A stretch of 64,000 nt of DNA from Mycobacteriales bacterium. Its GTDB lineage: Bacteria; Actinomycetota; Actinomycetes; Mycobacteriales; SCTD01. Location: contig JBKJVH010000036.1 of assembly GCA_046590985.1 (NCBI GenBank), positions 11,325 to 75,324 of the forward strand, given 5' to 3'. The position numbers were made by a program, and so were the translations under genes. The notes beneath the pieces were generated by a model that had not been told where the DNA came from, did no database searches, and was given only the letters and a program-made list of their open reading frames with translations. Below are positions 45,200-55,323 of this stretch, piece by piece (position 1 is the stretch's first letter; every line of letters begins with the position of its first letter).

Positions 45200-46216
45200 C
45201 TAGAGGTACTGGCCCACCGCGATCGGCTGGGCCTCGACAGCCAGCGGTCTGGCGGCGAAGACCTCGGCCAGCGTCATCGGCCCGGTCACCGGACGGCCGA
45301 GTAGCGCGGCGGCCTGGGCGGCCGGCAGCGCGCCGAACTCCAGCCGTGCCAGGCAGCGGCCAGGACGCACGAGCGCGGGGTGCAGCGCGCCGATCTCCTC
45401 GTTGGTGGTGATGAGCCACAGGCACCGCAGGCCCTGTCCGAGCAGGCCGTCTGCGAGGTTGAGGAGCTTGGCCATGCCGCGGCCGCCGGTGTCCTTGCGC
45501 AGCAGCGCTTCGGCGTCCTCGAGCACGATCAGCTTCCACCGGTTGGCATCGTCGTCCTGGTCCAGCACGACGCGACGCAGGTAGCGGCTGTCGCCCAGCA
45601 GCGCCTCCGGGTCGTTGACCACGACCGCGTCAGCCCACGGCTGCCAGCTGTGCAGCAGCGCGCGCACGGCAGAGGTCTTGCCGGTGCCCGGGGCGCCGTG
45701 CCACAGCACCAGGCGGCGGGCCTCGGACGCCACCGCCCGGTGCTCGGTCAAGGTCGTGAGCGTGGCCCGTACAGCGGGGGAGTAGTTGCCGGCGATGTCC
45801 TCCCAGGCCCGCACGTCGACGGCCACGTAGCGGCTGCCCGCCTCGTTGTCGGTGAAGCACACGTCGACCTGCCCCATCCCCGCCCGGGGCGGCATCCGGT
45901 CGCTGATCTCCCGGACGACCCGGTTGACGGTCGCCTCGTCGGCGCCGGTGGCCCATACGTCGGCATTGGCTTTCCAGGTGCGCAGCAGCACCAGGACGTC
46001 GTCCACCTCAACGAGGAGGTCGAAGGTGACACCGCCGTCGATGCTCCGGACCAGGCGCGCGCGCTCGGGCAGCACGGAGCGGGGCGCCTGCCGGTCCAGG
46101 CTGCGGTGCACCAGGTGCTGGTCGCCGCGCTGCACGTGGGCGCGCAGCAGCAGGTAGGGGCCGAAGTCGTTGTCGATCAGCTCGAGGTTGAAGGCGCCGA
46201 GAAGGTCATCGGTCAT
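45200..46216 (-). CDS. AAA+ ATPase with unassigned ~170-aa N-terminal domain
   Basis: 338 aa from ATG 46216. Walker A HGAPGTGKTS, Walker B KLIVLEDAE, and sensor/Arg finger ITTNEEIGALHPALVRPGR. Confidence 0.8.
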   Translation of the reverse strand: MTDDLLGAFNLELIDNDFGPYLLLRAHVQRGDQHLVHRSLDRQAPRSVLPERARLVRSIDGGVTFDLLVEVDDVLVLLRTWKANADVWATGADEATVNRVVREISDRMPPRAGMGQVDVCFTDNEAGSRYVAVDVRAWEDIAGNYSPAVRATLTTLTEHRAVASEARRLVLWHGAPGTGKTSAVRALLHSWQPWADAVVVNDPEALLGDSRYLRRVVLDQDDDANRWKLIVLEDAEALLRKDTGGRGMAKLLNLADGLLGQGLRCLWLITTNEEIGALHPALVRPGRCLARLEFGALPAAQAAALLGRPVTGPMTLAEVFAARPLAVEAQPIAVGQYL

Positions 46217-46393
46217 GGGGTGCGGGTCTCCGAGAGGTGGGGAGCCCGCGATCCCCGCGCAGGTCAGCGCGGCGCGGGCATCCATAGCTGCTGGCGTCGT
46301 GATGCGGACATGCGGAGATCTCCTCGGTGGTACGGGAGGCGAAACCGTCCCACAGCGCTCGGCTCGCGTCCAGGGGTTTGCGAGAGTGGTCCG

Positions 46394-47258
46394 GTGCTCG
46401 CCGCCCGCCTGACCGCCCAGCTGCTGGCGGGGGAGCGCGCCCGTACCGTCGGGGAGGTCGTGGCGCGGCTGCTGGCCGTACAGGCGCAGGACCTGCGGGC
46501 GGCGCGGCTGGCGATCCGGGCGCGCTCGACCGGGCTGGCCTCCTCCGACGTCGACGCGGCGCTGGCCTCGGGGGAGGTGGTCACCACCTGGGTGAACCGC
46601 GGGACACTGCACCTGGTCCGGGCCGAGGACTACCCGTGGCTGCACGCGCTCACGACTCCGCAGCTGGCCGCGGGCAACCGGACCCGGTTGCGGCAGGAGG
46701 GGGTCTCTTCGTCGCAGGCGGAGACCGGGATCGTCGCTGTCGAGAAGGCGCTCGCGGACGGGCCTCAGCTCCGCTCGCAGCTGCGCGAGGTGCTGCAGTC
46801 GGCGGAGGTGCCGGTGGCCGGTCAGGCGCTGGTTCACGTGCTGTTCGCTGCGACCCTGCGTGGGGTGTGCGTGCGCGGTCCGGTGGTGGGCAAGGAGCAG
46901 GCCTTCGTGCTGGTGCGGGACTGGCTGCCTCGGCCGCCGAAGGTCGACCTCGACATCGCGTTGACCGAGCTCGCGCGTCGCTACCGCGCAGCGCACGCAG
47001 GGGCGACGGACCGGGACCTGGCGAAGTGGGCCGGCCTCTCCCTGGGTGCGTCCCGACAAGGGCTCGCCGGTGTGAAGGTCCCCGTTGCCGAGCCCGCTCC
47101 GCTGCCCGCTCCGACGCTGCTGGGAGGTTTCGACGAGATCCTGATGGGCTGGGAATCAAGGGACTTCGTGCTGGCCGCCCTTCGCGCCGTTGCCCCCGGT
47201 GGTCGAGAAGGCCCTGAAGGCTCAGGCCAGCGACGTCGAGCGGTTCCTGCTCAGTTAG
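46394..47258 (+). pseudogene. winged-helix DNA-binding (YcaQ/DUF1006-like) gene, apparently disrupted by an internal deletion/frameshift
   Basis: From GTG 46394 the frame reads VLAARLTAQLLAGER...TWVNRGTLHLV...LLGGFDEILMGWESRDFVL. Family-like sequence is lost near 47170. A family-like C-terminus (PFAPLPPVVEKALKAQASDVERFLLS*) then continues in another frame, ending at TAG 47256-47258. Confidence 0.5.
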
Positions 47259-47829
47259 CCAACAGAGCCTGCGCGTTGGTGTAGGTCAGCATGACCAGGC
47301 CCTCGTGGCCGGGCAGCTCGACGCCGCCGAACTTCTCCAGCGACAGCAAGCTGTCGCTGGTCAGGAACAGCACGCCACCCAGGGCGGTCTTCCACCGGCC
47401 GGTGTCCAGTGCCGTCAGGGACATCGCCAGCAACGCGCTGCTGTAGACCAGGACCGGCACCCGGTCCTTGCCGGTGCGGTTCCACAGGTAGCCGTTCAGG
47501 CCGGCGAACGCGGCCACGTAGGGCACGGCCAGCACGGGCTTGCGCCGCAGCACTCCGCTGCCCCCGCGCCCGCGCAGGGCGGCGATCCAGGCGCCGTGGC
47601 TGAGCAGGAAGCTGCCCAGGCCTGCGGTGAAGGCGAGGTCGCTGCTGCCGAGCAGGGCGATGTCCCCGAGCCCGCCGAGGGCCAGCGCTCGCTGGGTGGG
47701 ACGGTCCTTGCCCATCATCAGCGTCGGCATCAGCAGTGGCTTCGTCAGCCGCCGTTCGCGCTCCCGACCGGTCGCGGCGAGCACGGCGTCAGTGACAGCC
47801 AGGGCGGTGTAGAGCTTCGGGATGGCCAC
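47251..47829 (-). CDS. lysoplasmalogenase / YhhN-family membrane protein
   Basis: 192 aa, multi-helix and hydrophobic. It shows a YhhN-like pattern (LTKPLLMPTL..., GDIALL, FLLSH). Confidence 0.7.
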   Translation of the reverse strand: MAIPKLYTALAVTDAVLAATGRERERRLTKPLLMPTLMMGKDRPTQRALALGGLGDIALLGSSDLAFTAGLGSFLLSHGAWIAALRGRGGSGVLRRKPVLAVPYVAAFAGLNGYLWNRTGKDRVPVLVYSSALLAMSLTALDTGRWKTALGGVLFLTSDSLLSLEKFGGVELPGHEGLVMLTYTNAQALLAN

Positions 47830-47881
47830 CTGCGGAACACTAGCGACGTGGTCACCATCCAGGACGTGCGGGCGCTGTCCT

Positions 47882-49222
47882 TCACTGACCGAGTGCGCGC
47901 CAGAAGGCAGCGGCCGATCGCGAAGGCCGCCCCGAAGCCGCCTCGGTCCGGTCCGCCCGGGCCATCAGCTGGGTGACGGCGTTGACGCCGACCCAGCGCA
48001 GCGGCTCGGGCTCCCACTTCTTCCGGCGACGACGGACCCACGGCAGGTGCGTGAGCTCGGTGTCGCGCCCCAGCACCAGGTCAGCCACCGTGCGGCCTGC
48101 CAGGTTGGAGGTGGCCACGCCGTCCCCGACGTAGCCGCCCGCCCAGGCCATCCCGGTAGCGCGGTCGAACCCGACGCTGGGGTACCAGTCGCGAGGGAGG
48201 CCGAGGTTGCCGCCCCAGCGGTGCGTGATGGCGCTGCCCGCCAGCGCCGGGAAGAGGTCGAGGAGGATTGCCTGCAGCGCGTTGTGGACCTTGTCGACCA
48301 GGTCGAAGCCCGGGTCGACGCGGGACCCGAAGTGGTAGGGCGCACCCCTGCCCCCGAAGGCGATCCGGCCGTCAGAGGTGCGCTGGCCGTAGATGGTCAG
48401 GTGCCGCTCGTCGCTGAACGTGGCCCGGTCAGCCAGCCCGATCTGCTCCCAGACCTCCTCGGGCAGCGGCTCGGTCGCCAGCATCAGGGAGTACACCGGC
48501 GCGAGCTCCCGTCGTCGTCCTGGCAGCTGGGCGGTGTAGCCCTCGGTGGCCGGCAGCACCACCTCCGCCGTGACGGTGCCGTGCGCGGTGACCGCCCTCC
48601 CCGGTTGCACGTCGAGGGCCGCGGTCTGCTCGTACAGGCGCACCCCCTGGGCCTCGACAGCCTCAGCAAGGCCTCGTACGAGCTTGGCGGGGTGCAGGGC
48701 GGCGCAGTGGTCGGTGGTGACGGCGCCCAGCACCCGGGTCGCCCTGACGCGGTCCTGAGCCTCGTCCGCCGACAGCAGCCGCAGGGTGTCCTCCCCGAAC
48801 CCCCAGCAGCGGGCCTCGTCGACATCTGCGGTGGCCCTGGCGAGCTGGGCGCGATTCCTGGCCAGCGCGACCATCCCGCCCTTGGTGAAGTCACACGCGA
48901 TCCCCGCTTTGCCGACCTCGTCAACGGAGTCCTCGAGGGCTCGCTGCATGGCGATGACATCCTGACGGGGGCTGTCCTTGGCCATCCGGTGCCACGAGGT
49001 CGGGAAGAGCGCGGAGCACCAGCCGCCGTTGCGACCGGAGGCCCCGAAACCGGCCACGTCCCTTTCCAGGACAGCGATCCGGAGCGTCGGGTCGTGCCGC
49101 GCGAGGTAGTGCGCGGTCCAGAGGCCGGTGTAGCCGGCGCCGACGATCGCGACGTCGACGTTGAGGTCGCCGGTCAGCGCAGGCCGCGGGATCCAGCCTG
49201 CGTCCTGCCAGACCGAGGTCAC
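47882..49222 (-). CDS. FAD-dependent oxidoreductase (gamma-glutamylputrescine/amine oxidase-like)
   Basis: 446 aa from GTG 49222, with a GTGA overlap with the upstream aminotransferase gene. Dinucleotide-binding motif VAIVGAGYTGLWTA. Confidence 0.85.
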   Translation of the reverse strand: MTSVWQDAGWIPRPALTGDLNVDVAIVGAGYTGLWTAHYLARHDPTLRIAVLERDVAGFGASGRNGGWCSALFPTSWHRMAKDSPRQDVIAMQRALEDSVDEVGKAGIACDFTKGGMVALARNRAQLARATADVDEARCWGFGEDTLRLLSADEAQDRVRATRVLGAVTTDHCAALHPAKLVRGLAEAVEAQGVRLYEQTAALDVQPGRAVTAHGTVTAEVVLPATEGYTAQLPGRRRELAPVYSLMLATEPLPEEVWEQIGLADRATFSDERHLTIYGQRTSDGRIAFGGRGAPYHFGSRVDPGFDLVDKVHNALQAILLDLFPALAGSAITHRWGGNLGLPRDWYPSVGFDRATGMAWAGGYVGDGVATSNLAGRTVADLVLGRDTELTHLPWVRRRRKKWEPEPLRWVGVNAVTQLMARADRTEAASGRPSRSAAAFWRALGQ

Positions 49223-50403
49223 GCGAGGGCGGCCTGCAGCGCAGCGGGGATGGCATCCAGGTCGTCGTCGGTGATCACGAGCGGCGGGCAGATCGCCAGG
49301 TGGGCCGGGGCGATCGGTCGGACGATGACGCCGAGGTCGAGCATCGCATCTCGCACAGCGACCGGGTCGCCGTCGATGCTGACCGCCCACAGCGCGCCGA
49401 CGCCTCGCACGTCGGTGACCTGGTCCCCGAGGGCCCGGAGCTGCGGCTCCAGGCGCTCGCCGATCGCCCGGGCTCTTCCCAGCAGGCCTTCTCGCTCTGT
49501 GAGGTCGAGGCAGGTCAGGGCAGCGACGGCCGCGGAGGCGTGGCCGGAGTAGGTGTAGCCGTGCCGGAGCACGAAAGAGGGATCGACCGACAGGGCCTGG
49601 TGGACGCTCGGCGCGACGAGCACACCCCCCAGCGGCACGTACCCACTGGTGACCCCCTTCGCGAACGTGGTGAGGTCCGCGGCGACATCGAAGTGGGTCC
49701 CCGCGAGCAGCGTGCCCAGGCGTCCGAAGCCGCAGATGACCTCATCCAGCACGAGATGCGCGCCGTGCGCGTCACACAGGTCGCGCAGCCCGGCCAGGTA
49801 GCCGGGAGCCGGCGGCCACACCCCTCCTGCGCCGATGACCGGCTCGGCGAAGACCGCAGCGACCCGCCCCGGGTGGTCGGCGAAGACCCGGGCGACGGCG
49901 CCCAGGTCGTCCTTGTCGACCTGCACGACGTCACCGATACCGGGGCCGAAGTCCTTGCGGTTCAGGGGAAGGCCCGTCAGGGTCATCGCGCCATAGGTCA
50001 CCCCGTGATAGCTCGGGACCCGGCTGATGATGATCGTCCGCTCCGGGTGGCCCGCTTGGGCGTGCGCGATCCGGGACAGCTTGATCGCCGTGTCCACGGC
50101 CTCGGAGCCGCCGCTGGTGAAGAACACCCGGCTGCCGGGCTGCAGCGCTGCCAGCCGGTCCGCAAGCTCCTCTGCCGGGGCGTTCGTGAACCGCTCGAAG
50201 CAGTGGTAGGTCTCGAGCTGTCGCATCTGCGCGGCGACCGCGTCGGCGATCTCGCCCCGGCCGTGGCCGACGTTGCAGTACCAGAGCGACGCCAGGCCAT
50301 CGACATACCGCTTCCCGGCGGCATCCCACACGATCGCCCCCTCGCCCCGCACCAGGGTCAGGAAGTCGGTCGCCGCGGGCCTGGCGAACGGGTGCAGCAT
50401 CAT
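49219..50403 (-). CDS. class-III (omega) aminotransferase
   Basis: 394 aa. It has SGGSEAVD, DEVICGFGRLG, and a PLP-lysine context TFAKG. Confidence 0.9.
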   Translation of the reverse strand: MMLHPFARPAATDFLTLVRGEGAIVWDAAGKRYVDGLASLWYCNVGHGRGEIADAVAAQMRQLETYHCFERFTNAPAEELADRLAALQPGSRVFFTSGGSEAVDTAIKLSRIAHAQAGHPERTIIISRVPSYHGVTYGAMTLTGLPLNRKDFGPGIGDVVQVDKDDLGAVARVFADHPGRVAAVFAEPVIGAGGVWPPAPGYLAGLRDLCDAHGAHLVLDEVICGFGRLGTLLAGTHFDVAADLTTFAKGVTSGYVPLGGVLVAPSVHQALSVDPSFVLRHGYTYSGHASAAVAALTCLDLTEREGLLGRARAIGERLEPQLRALGDQVTDVRGVGALWAVSIDGDPVAVRDAMLDLGVIVRPIAPAHLAICPPLVITDDDLDAIPAALQAALA

Positions 50404-50876
50404 CCGGCGCCGTAGGTGTAGGTCTGCTTGTGCACGCGCAGGTACATCGAGGTCTCGGTCTCACGGACCCCCGGGACGCTCCGGATCTGGTCGTTGATGA
50501 CCGACAGCAGGTGCTCGTTGTCGCGGCACACCAGCTCCAGCTGCAGGTCGTACCGGCCGGTGGTGAGCACGCAGTAGTCGACCTCCTGGATCGCGGACAG
50601 CGCGTCGGCGACCTCCCTCGCGTCGCCGGTGCAGGTGACGCCGACGTTCGCCATCACCCCGAACCCGAGGGTCAGCGGGTCGATGACGGCGACGATCTGC
50701 ACCACCTCGCTGTCGACCAGGGCCTTGACCCGCTGCCGCACGGCGGCCTCCGACAGCCCGACGGCGGCGGCGATGGCCGTGTAGGAGCGCCGGCCGTCTT
50801 CCTGGAGCTGGCGCAGGATCGCCTTCCCGAGGTCGTCGAGCAGCGGTGGCGCGGCGAGGGCAAGAGTTCGGGCCAT
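50400..50876 (-). CDS. Lrp/AsnC family transcriptional regulator
   Basis: 158 aa from ATG 50876. It has the AsnC-type HTH (LDDLGKAILRQLQEDGRRSYTAIAAAVGLSEAAVRQRVKAL) plus a RAM-like C-terminal domain. Confidence 0.9.
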   Translation of the reverse strand: MARTLALAAPPLLDDLGKAILRQLQEDGRRSYTAIAAAVGLSEAAVRQRVKALVDSEVVQIVAVIDPLTLGFGVMANVGVTCTGDAREVADALSAIQEVDYCVLTTGRYDLQLELVCRDNEHLLSVINDQIRSVPGVRETETSMYLRVHKQTYTYGAG

Positions 50877-51007
50877 GGCGCCATCGTGGGCCCTCCAGGG
50901 GCACGGATCAAGTGTTGAGCGCCTGTTTCGACAAGGGAAACACTTGTCATGCCACCAAATATCTGCGACAACCGTGGCACACACGCAGCGATGCTCGAGG
51001 GGCGCAG

Positions 51008-52528
51008 ATGGCCGTTGACCAGGTTCCGGAGCTCGACAAGGGCCTCAAGTCGGGCGCCATCGGGTTGTTGTCCAGTGTCGTGATCGGGGTGTCCTCGACG
51101 GCCCCGGGCTACAGCCTCGCGGCGACCCTGGGCTTCGTCGCGACCGCGGTCGGGCTCCAGTCGCCGGCGGTTATGCTGCTGGCGTTCGTCCCGATGTTCT
51201 GCATCGCCTACGCCTACCGCGAGCTGAACTCCATGGACCCGGACTGCGGGACGACCTTCAGCTGGGCGGCGCGGGCGTTCGGTCCCCGGACCGGTTGGAT
51301 GGGGGGCTGGGGGATCATCGTCGCCGACATCGTCGTCATGGCGAACCTGGCCCAGATCGCCGGCCAGTACGGCTTCTTGCTGTTCGGGGCGGACTCGGCG
51401 GCGTCGAGCACCTTCTGGACGACCTTCGTCGGATGTCTGTGGATCGCCGCCCTGACCTATGTCTGCTACCGCGGGATCGAGATCTCGGCGAAGTTCCAGT
51501 TCGTGATGCTTTCCGTGGAGGTCGTGACACTGGCGATGTTCGCGGTCGTCGCCCTGGTGAAGGTCTACTCCGGCCAGGCCGGCAAGGGTGCCGTCCACCC
51601 GTCCCTGAGCTGGCTGAACCCCTTCGAGATCCACTCCTTCTCGGCGCTTTCGGCAGGCACCCTGCTCGCGGTGTTCATCTACTGGGGCTGGGACACCGCC
51701 GTCGCCTGCAACGAGGAGACGACCGACCCGAAGACGACGCCGGGCCGGGCTGCGGTGATCGCCACGCTCTGCCTGCTCGGCATCTACCTGCTGGTCTCGG
51801 TGGCCTGCCTGGCGTACGGCGGTGTCGATGCCCTCGCGGACCAGGACGACGTGCTCGCGGTGATCGGCAACGAGGTGCTCGGGACGACGCTGGGAAAGCT
51901 CGTGATCATCTCGGTTCTCACCTCCGCCGCCGCCTCGACGCAGACCACCATCCTCCCGACGGCCCGCACGACCCTGTCGATGGCCGCGCACAAGGCGATC
52001 CCGAACTCGTTCGCCAGGATGCACCCCACCTTCCAGACGCCCACCACCTCCACGATCGCGATGGGCGTGGCGTCCATCGCCTTCTACGTCGGGCTGGTCG
52101 TCACCAGCGGCAACGTGCTCGCCGACTCGATCGCCTCGCTCGGGCTGCTCATCGCGTTCTACTACGCGCTCACGGGCTTCGCGTGCGTCTGGCACTTCCG
52201 GCGGGACCTCGGCCACAGCCTGAAGGACGCCTGGGTGAAGGGAGTCCTTCCCGGCGTCGGCGGCCTCATCCTCACCGCCGCCTTCTTCAAGAGCGCGCAC
52301 GACATGTACTCCAGCGACTACGGCGACACCTCGTTCCAGGGCGTCGGGGGCGTGTTCCTCCTCGGGATCGGCTCGCTGGTGCTGGGCCTCCTGGTGATGG
52401 TCGCGTACGAGGTGGTTGCTCCGGAGTACTTCCGAGGCGGCCGGCCGGCCCTTGCCGTTCCCGAACCGCTCCCGCCGGTGTCCATCGACCTCACCGCGTC
52501 CGAGCCGAAGAAGCTTCAGGAGCACTGA
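51008..52528 (+). CDS. APC-family amino acid/polyamine permease
   Basis: 506 aa from ATG 51008. It is a roughly 12-helix hydrophobic protein with an APC-like N-terminus (GLLSSVVIGVSSTAPGYSL). Confidence 0.85.
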   Translation: MAVDQVPELDKGLKSGAIGLLSSVVIGVSSTAPGYSLAATLGFVATAVGLQSPAVMLLAFVPMFCIAYAYRELNSMDPDCGTTFSWAARAFGPRTGWMGGWGIIVADIVVMANLAQIAGQYGFLLFGADSAASSTFWTTFVGCLWIAALTYVCYRGIEISAKFQFVMLSVEVVTLAMFAVVALVKVYSGQAGKGAVHPSLSWLNPFEIHSFSALSAGTLLAVFIYWGWDTAVACNEETTDPKTTPGRAAVIATLCLLGIYLLVSVACLAYGGVDALADQDDVLAVIGNEVLGTTLGKLVIISVLTSAAASTQTTILPTARTTLSMAAHKAIPNSFARMHPTFQTPTTSTIAMGVASIAFYVGLVVTSGNVLADSIASLGLLIAFYYALTGFACVWHFRRDLGHSLKDAWVKGVLPGVGGLILTAAFFKSAHDMYSSDYGDTSFQGVGGVFLLGIGSLVLGLLVMVAYEVVAPEYFRGGRPALAVPEPLPPVSIDLTASEPKKLQEH

Positions 52529-53910
52529 TGACCTACCAGCGCCTCACCGCCGACCAGCTGTCGGCGTCGGCTCGCGACCACCTGTGGATGCACTTCACCC
52601 GGCACTCGACGTTCGAAGCCGGGGGCGCAGTCCCGATCATCGCCCGCGGCGAGGGCGTGCACATCTGGGACAGCAACGGCAAGCAGTACCTCGACGGCCT
52701 GTCCGGGCTGTTCACCGTCCAGGTAGGCCACGGTCGTCGCGAGCTGGCCGCCGCCGCCGCCCAGCAGGCCTCCGAGCTGGCGTTCTTCCCGCTCTGGTCC
52801 TACGCCCACCCCGAAGCGATCCAGCTCGCGGAGCGGCTCGCCACCCTCGCCCCCGGCGACCTCAACCGGGTCTTCTTCACGACCGGTGGCGGCGAGGCCG
52901 TCGAGAGCGCCTGGAAGCTCGCGAAGCAGTACTTCAAGCTCACCGGCAAGCCCATGAAGCACAAGGTCATCAGCCGCGCGATCGCCTACCACGGCACACC
53001 TCAGGGAGCCCTGAGCATCACCGGCATCCCCGAGGCCAAGATGTTCTTCGAGCCGCTCGTACCGGGGGCGCACAAGGCCGCGAACACCAACTTCTACCGA
53101 GCGCCCGAGCACGGTGACGACCTCGAGGCGTTCGGTCGGTGGGCTGCGGACCAGATCGAGATCGCCATCGAGATGGAGGGCCCCGACACCGTGGCCGCCG
53201 TGTTCGTCGAGCCGGTGCAGAACTCGGGAGGGTGCTTCCCACCGCCGCCTGGGTACTTCGCCAGGCTCCGCCAGATCTGCGACCGGCACGACGTGCTGCT
53301 GGTCTCGGACGAGACCATCTGCGCATTCGGGCGGCTCGGGACGATGTTCGCGTGCGACAAGTTCGGCTACGTCCCGGACATCATCACCTGCGCCAAGGGG
53401 ATGAGCTCCGCCTACAGCCCGATCGGCGCCATGATCGCCTCCGACCGCTTGATGGCCCCGTTCCTCACCGGCGACAGCTACTTCGCCCACGGCTACACGT
53501 TCGGCGGTCACCCGGTGTCGGCCGCTGTGGCGATGGAGAACCTCGACATCTTCGAGCGGGAAGGACTGCTGCAGAACGTGCTCGACAACGAGAAGGGCTT
53601 CCGCACCACCCTCGAGAGGCTGTACGACCTGCCGATCGTCGGTGACGTCCGGGGGGACGGCTACTTCTACGGGATCGAGCTGGTCAAGGACAAGGCGACC
53701 AAGGAGACCTTCGACAACGAGGAGTCCGAGCGGCTGCTGCGCGGCTTCTTGTCCAAGGCCCTGTTCGAGGCCGGGCTCTACTGCCGAGCGGACGACCGTG
53801 GGGATCCGGTGATCCAGCTGGCCCCGCCGCTGGTCTGCGACCAGTCCCACTTCGATCAGATCGAAGAGATCTTGCGCGACGTTCTCAGCCGGGCATGGGG
53901 GCAACTGTGA
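52528..53910 (+). CDS. class-III aminotransferase (putrescine/GABA-type)
   Basis: 460 aa. It has [21 protein letters not shown], and a PLP-lysine context TCAKGM. TGATG overlap with the permease gene. Confidence 0.9.
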   Translation: MTYQRLTADQLSASARDHLWMHFTRHSTFEAGGAVPIIARGEGVHIWDSNGKQYLDGLSGLFTVQVGHGRRELAAAAAQQASELAFFPLWSYAHPEAIQLAERLATLAPGDLNRVFFTTGGGEAVESAWKLAKQYFKLTGKPMKHKVISRAIAYHGTPQGALSITGIPEAKMFFEPLVPGAHKAANTNFYRAPEHGDDLEAFGRWAADQIEIAIEMEGPDTVAAVFVEPVQNSGGCFPPPPGYFARLRQICDRHDVLLVSDETICAFGRLGTMFACDKFGYVPDIITCAKGMSSAYSPIGAMIASDRLMAPFLTGDSYFAHGYTFGGHPVSAAVAMENLDIFEREGLLQNVLDNEKGFRTTLERLYDLPIVGDVRGDGYFYGIELVKDKATKETFDNEESERLLRGFLSKALFEAGLYCRADDRGDPVIQLAPPLVCDQSHFDQIEEILRDVLSRAWGQL

Positions 53911-55322
53911 ACAACTTTATCAACGGGGTGGCGCAGCCCGCGGCGGACGGTCAGACCACGGACCTCGTTGACCCGACCACCGGGGAGGTCTACGGGACGG
54001 CGCCGCTGTCGGGCAAGGAGGACGTCGCGGCGGCTACGCGAGCCGCTCGCGTCGCGTTCGAGAGCTGGCGCGACTCCACGCCCTCGGAGCGGCAGCTCGC
54101 GCTGATCCGGTTCGCCGACGCGGTCGAGGACAAGGGTGAGGAGCTGGTAGCCGCGGAGAGCAAGAACACCGGCAAGCCGCTCGGCCTGACCCGCAGCGAG
54201 GAGGTGCCGCCGATGGTGGACCAGATCCGCTTCTTCGCCGGCGCCGCAAGGCTTCTTGAGGGCCGCGCCGCCGGCGAGTACCTGGCCGACCACACGTCGT
54301 ACGTCCGCCGCGAGCCCATCGGGGTCTGCGCGCAGGTGACACCGTGGAACTACCCCATGATGATGGCGATCTGGAAGCTGGCGCCGGCGATTGCGGCTGG
54401 CAACACCGTCGTGCTGAAGCCTTCGGACACCACGCCGGTGACGACCGCGATGCTCGCCGAGATCGCGGCGGAGTTCCTCCCGCCGGGGGTGCTCAACGTG
54501 GTCTGCGGTGATCGCTCGACCGGTGCGCTGCTCATCGACGACGACGTGCCGGCCATGGTCTCGATCACCGGGTCCGTCGGGGCCGGCAAGGCTGTCGCGG
54601 AGTCGGCGTCGCGGTCGTTGAAGCGGGTGCACCTGGAGCTGGGCGGCAAGGCGCCGGTCATCGTGTTCGACGACGCCGACGTCGAGGCGGCTGCGGCGGC
54701 GATCGCGGAGGCGGGGTACTTCAACGCCGGTCAGGACTGCACCGCAGCGACCCGAGTGCTGACGGGTCCGGGCGTGCACGACGACTTCCTCGCGGCCCTG
54801 ATCGAGGCTGCCCGCGGGACCAAGACGGGGATGCCCGATGACGAGGACGTGCTCTACGGACCACTGAACAACGCGAACCAGCTCGCCCGGGTCAGCGGGT
54901 TCCTGGAGCGGCTCCCCTCGCACGCCGTGGTCGGCGCCGGCGGCGGCCGGGTCGGCAGCAAGGGCTACTTCTTCGAGCCGACTGTGGTCAGCGGCCTGCA
55001 CCAGGACGACGAGATCATCCAGACCGAGGTGTTCGGGCCCGTCATCACCGTGCAGCGCTTCACCGACGAAGCGCAGGCACTGCGCTGGGCGAACGACAGT
55101 GACTACGGCCTCGCCAGCAGCGTCTGGACCAGGGACCACGGGCGTGCGATGCGGATGGCCAAGCGCCTCGACTTCGGCTGCGTCTGGATCAACACGCACA
55201 TCCCGCTGGTGGCCGAGATGCCCCATGGCGGTTTCGGCCAGTCCGGCTACGGCAAGGATCTGTCGGTGTACGGCTTCGAGGACTACACCCGGGTCAAGCA
55301 CGTGATGAGCAGCCTGAGCTGA
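53895..55322 (+). CDS. NAD-dependent aldehyde dehydrogenase (aminobutyraldehyde dehydrogenase-like)
   Basis: 475 aa. It has the ELGGKAP and GQDCTAATR catalytic blocks. The start could instead be GTG 53907. Confidence 0.9.
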   Translation: MGATVNNFINGVAQPAADGQTTDLVDPTTGEVYGTAPLSGKEDVAAATRAARVAFESWRDSTPSERQLALIRFADAVEDKGEELVAAESKNTGKPLGLTRSEEVPPMVDQIRFFAGAARLLEGRAAGEYLADHTSYVRREPIGVCAQVTPWNYPMMMAIWKLAPAIAAGNTVVLKPSDTTPVTTAMLAEIAAEFLPPGVLNVVCGDRSTGALLIDDDVPAMVSITGSVGAGKAVAESASRSLKRVHLELGGKAPVIVFDDADVEAAAAAIAEAGYFNAGQDCTAATRVLTGPGVHDDFLAALIEAARGTKTGMPDDEDVLYGPLNNANQLARVSGFLERLPSHAVVGAGGGRVGSKGYFFEPTVVSGLHQDDEIIQTEVFGPVITVQRFTDEAQALRWANDSDYGLASSVWTRDHGRAMRMAKRLDFGCVWINTHIPLVAEMPHGGFGQSGYGKDLSVYGFEDYTRVKHVMSSLS

Positions 55323-55323
55323 G

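Noticed and set aside
45380-47284. 634-aa plus-strand ORF treated as one gene
   Set aside because: Its first ~340 codons are antisense to the AAA+ ATPase gene. Only the part from about 46394 resembles a winged-helix YcaQ-like protein, and that part appears disrupted near 47170.
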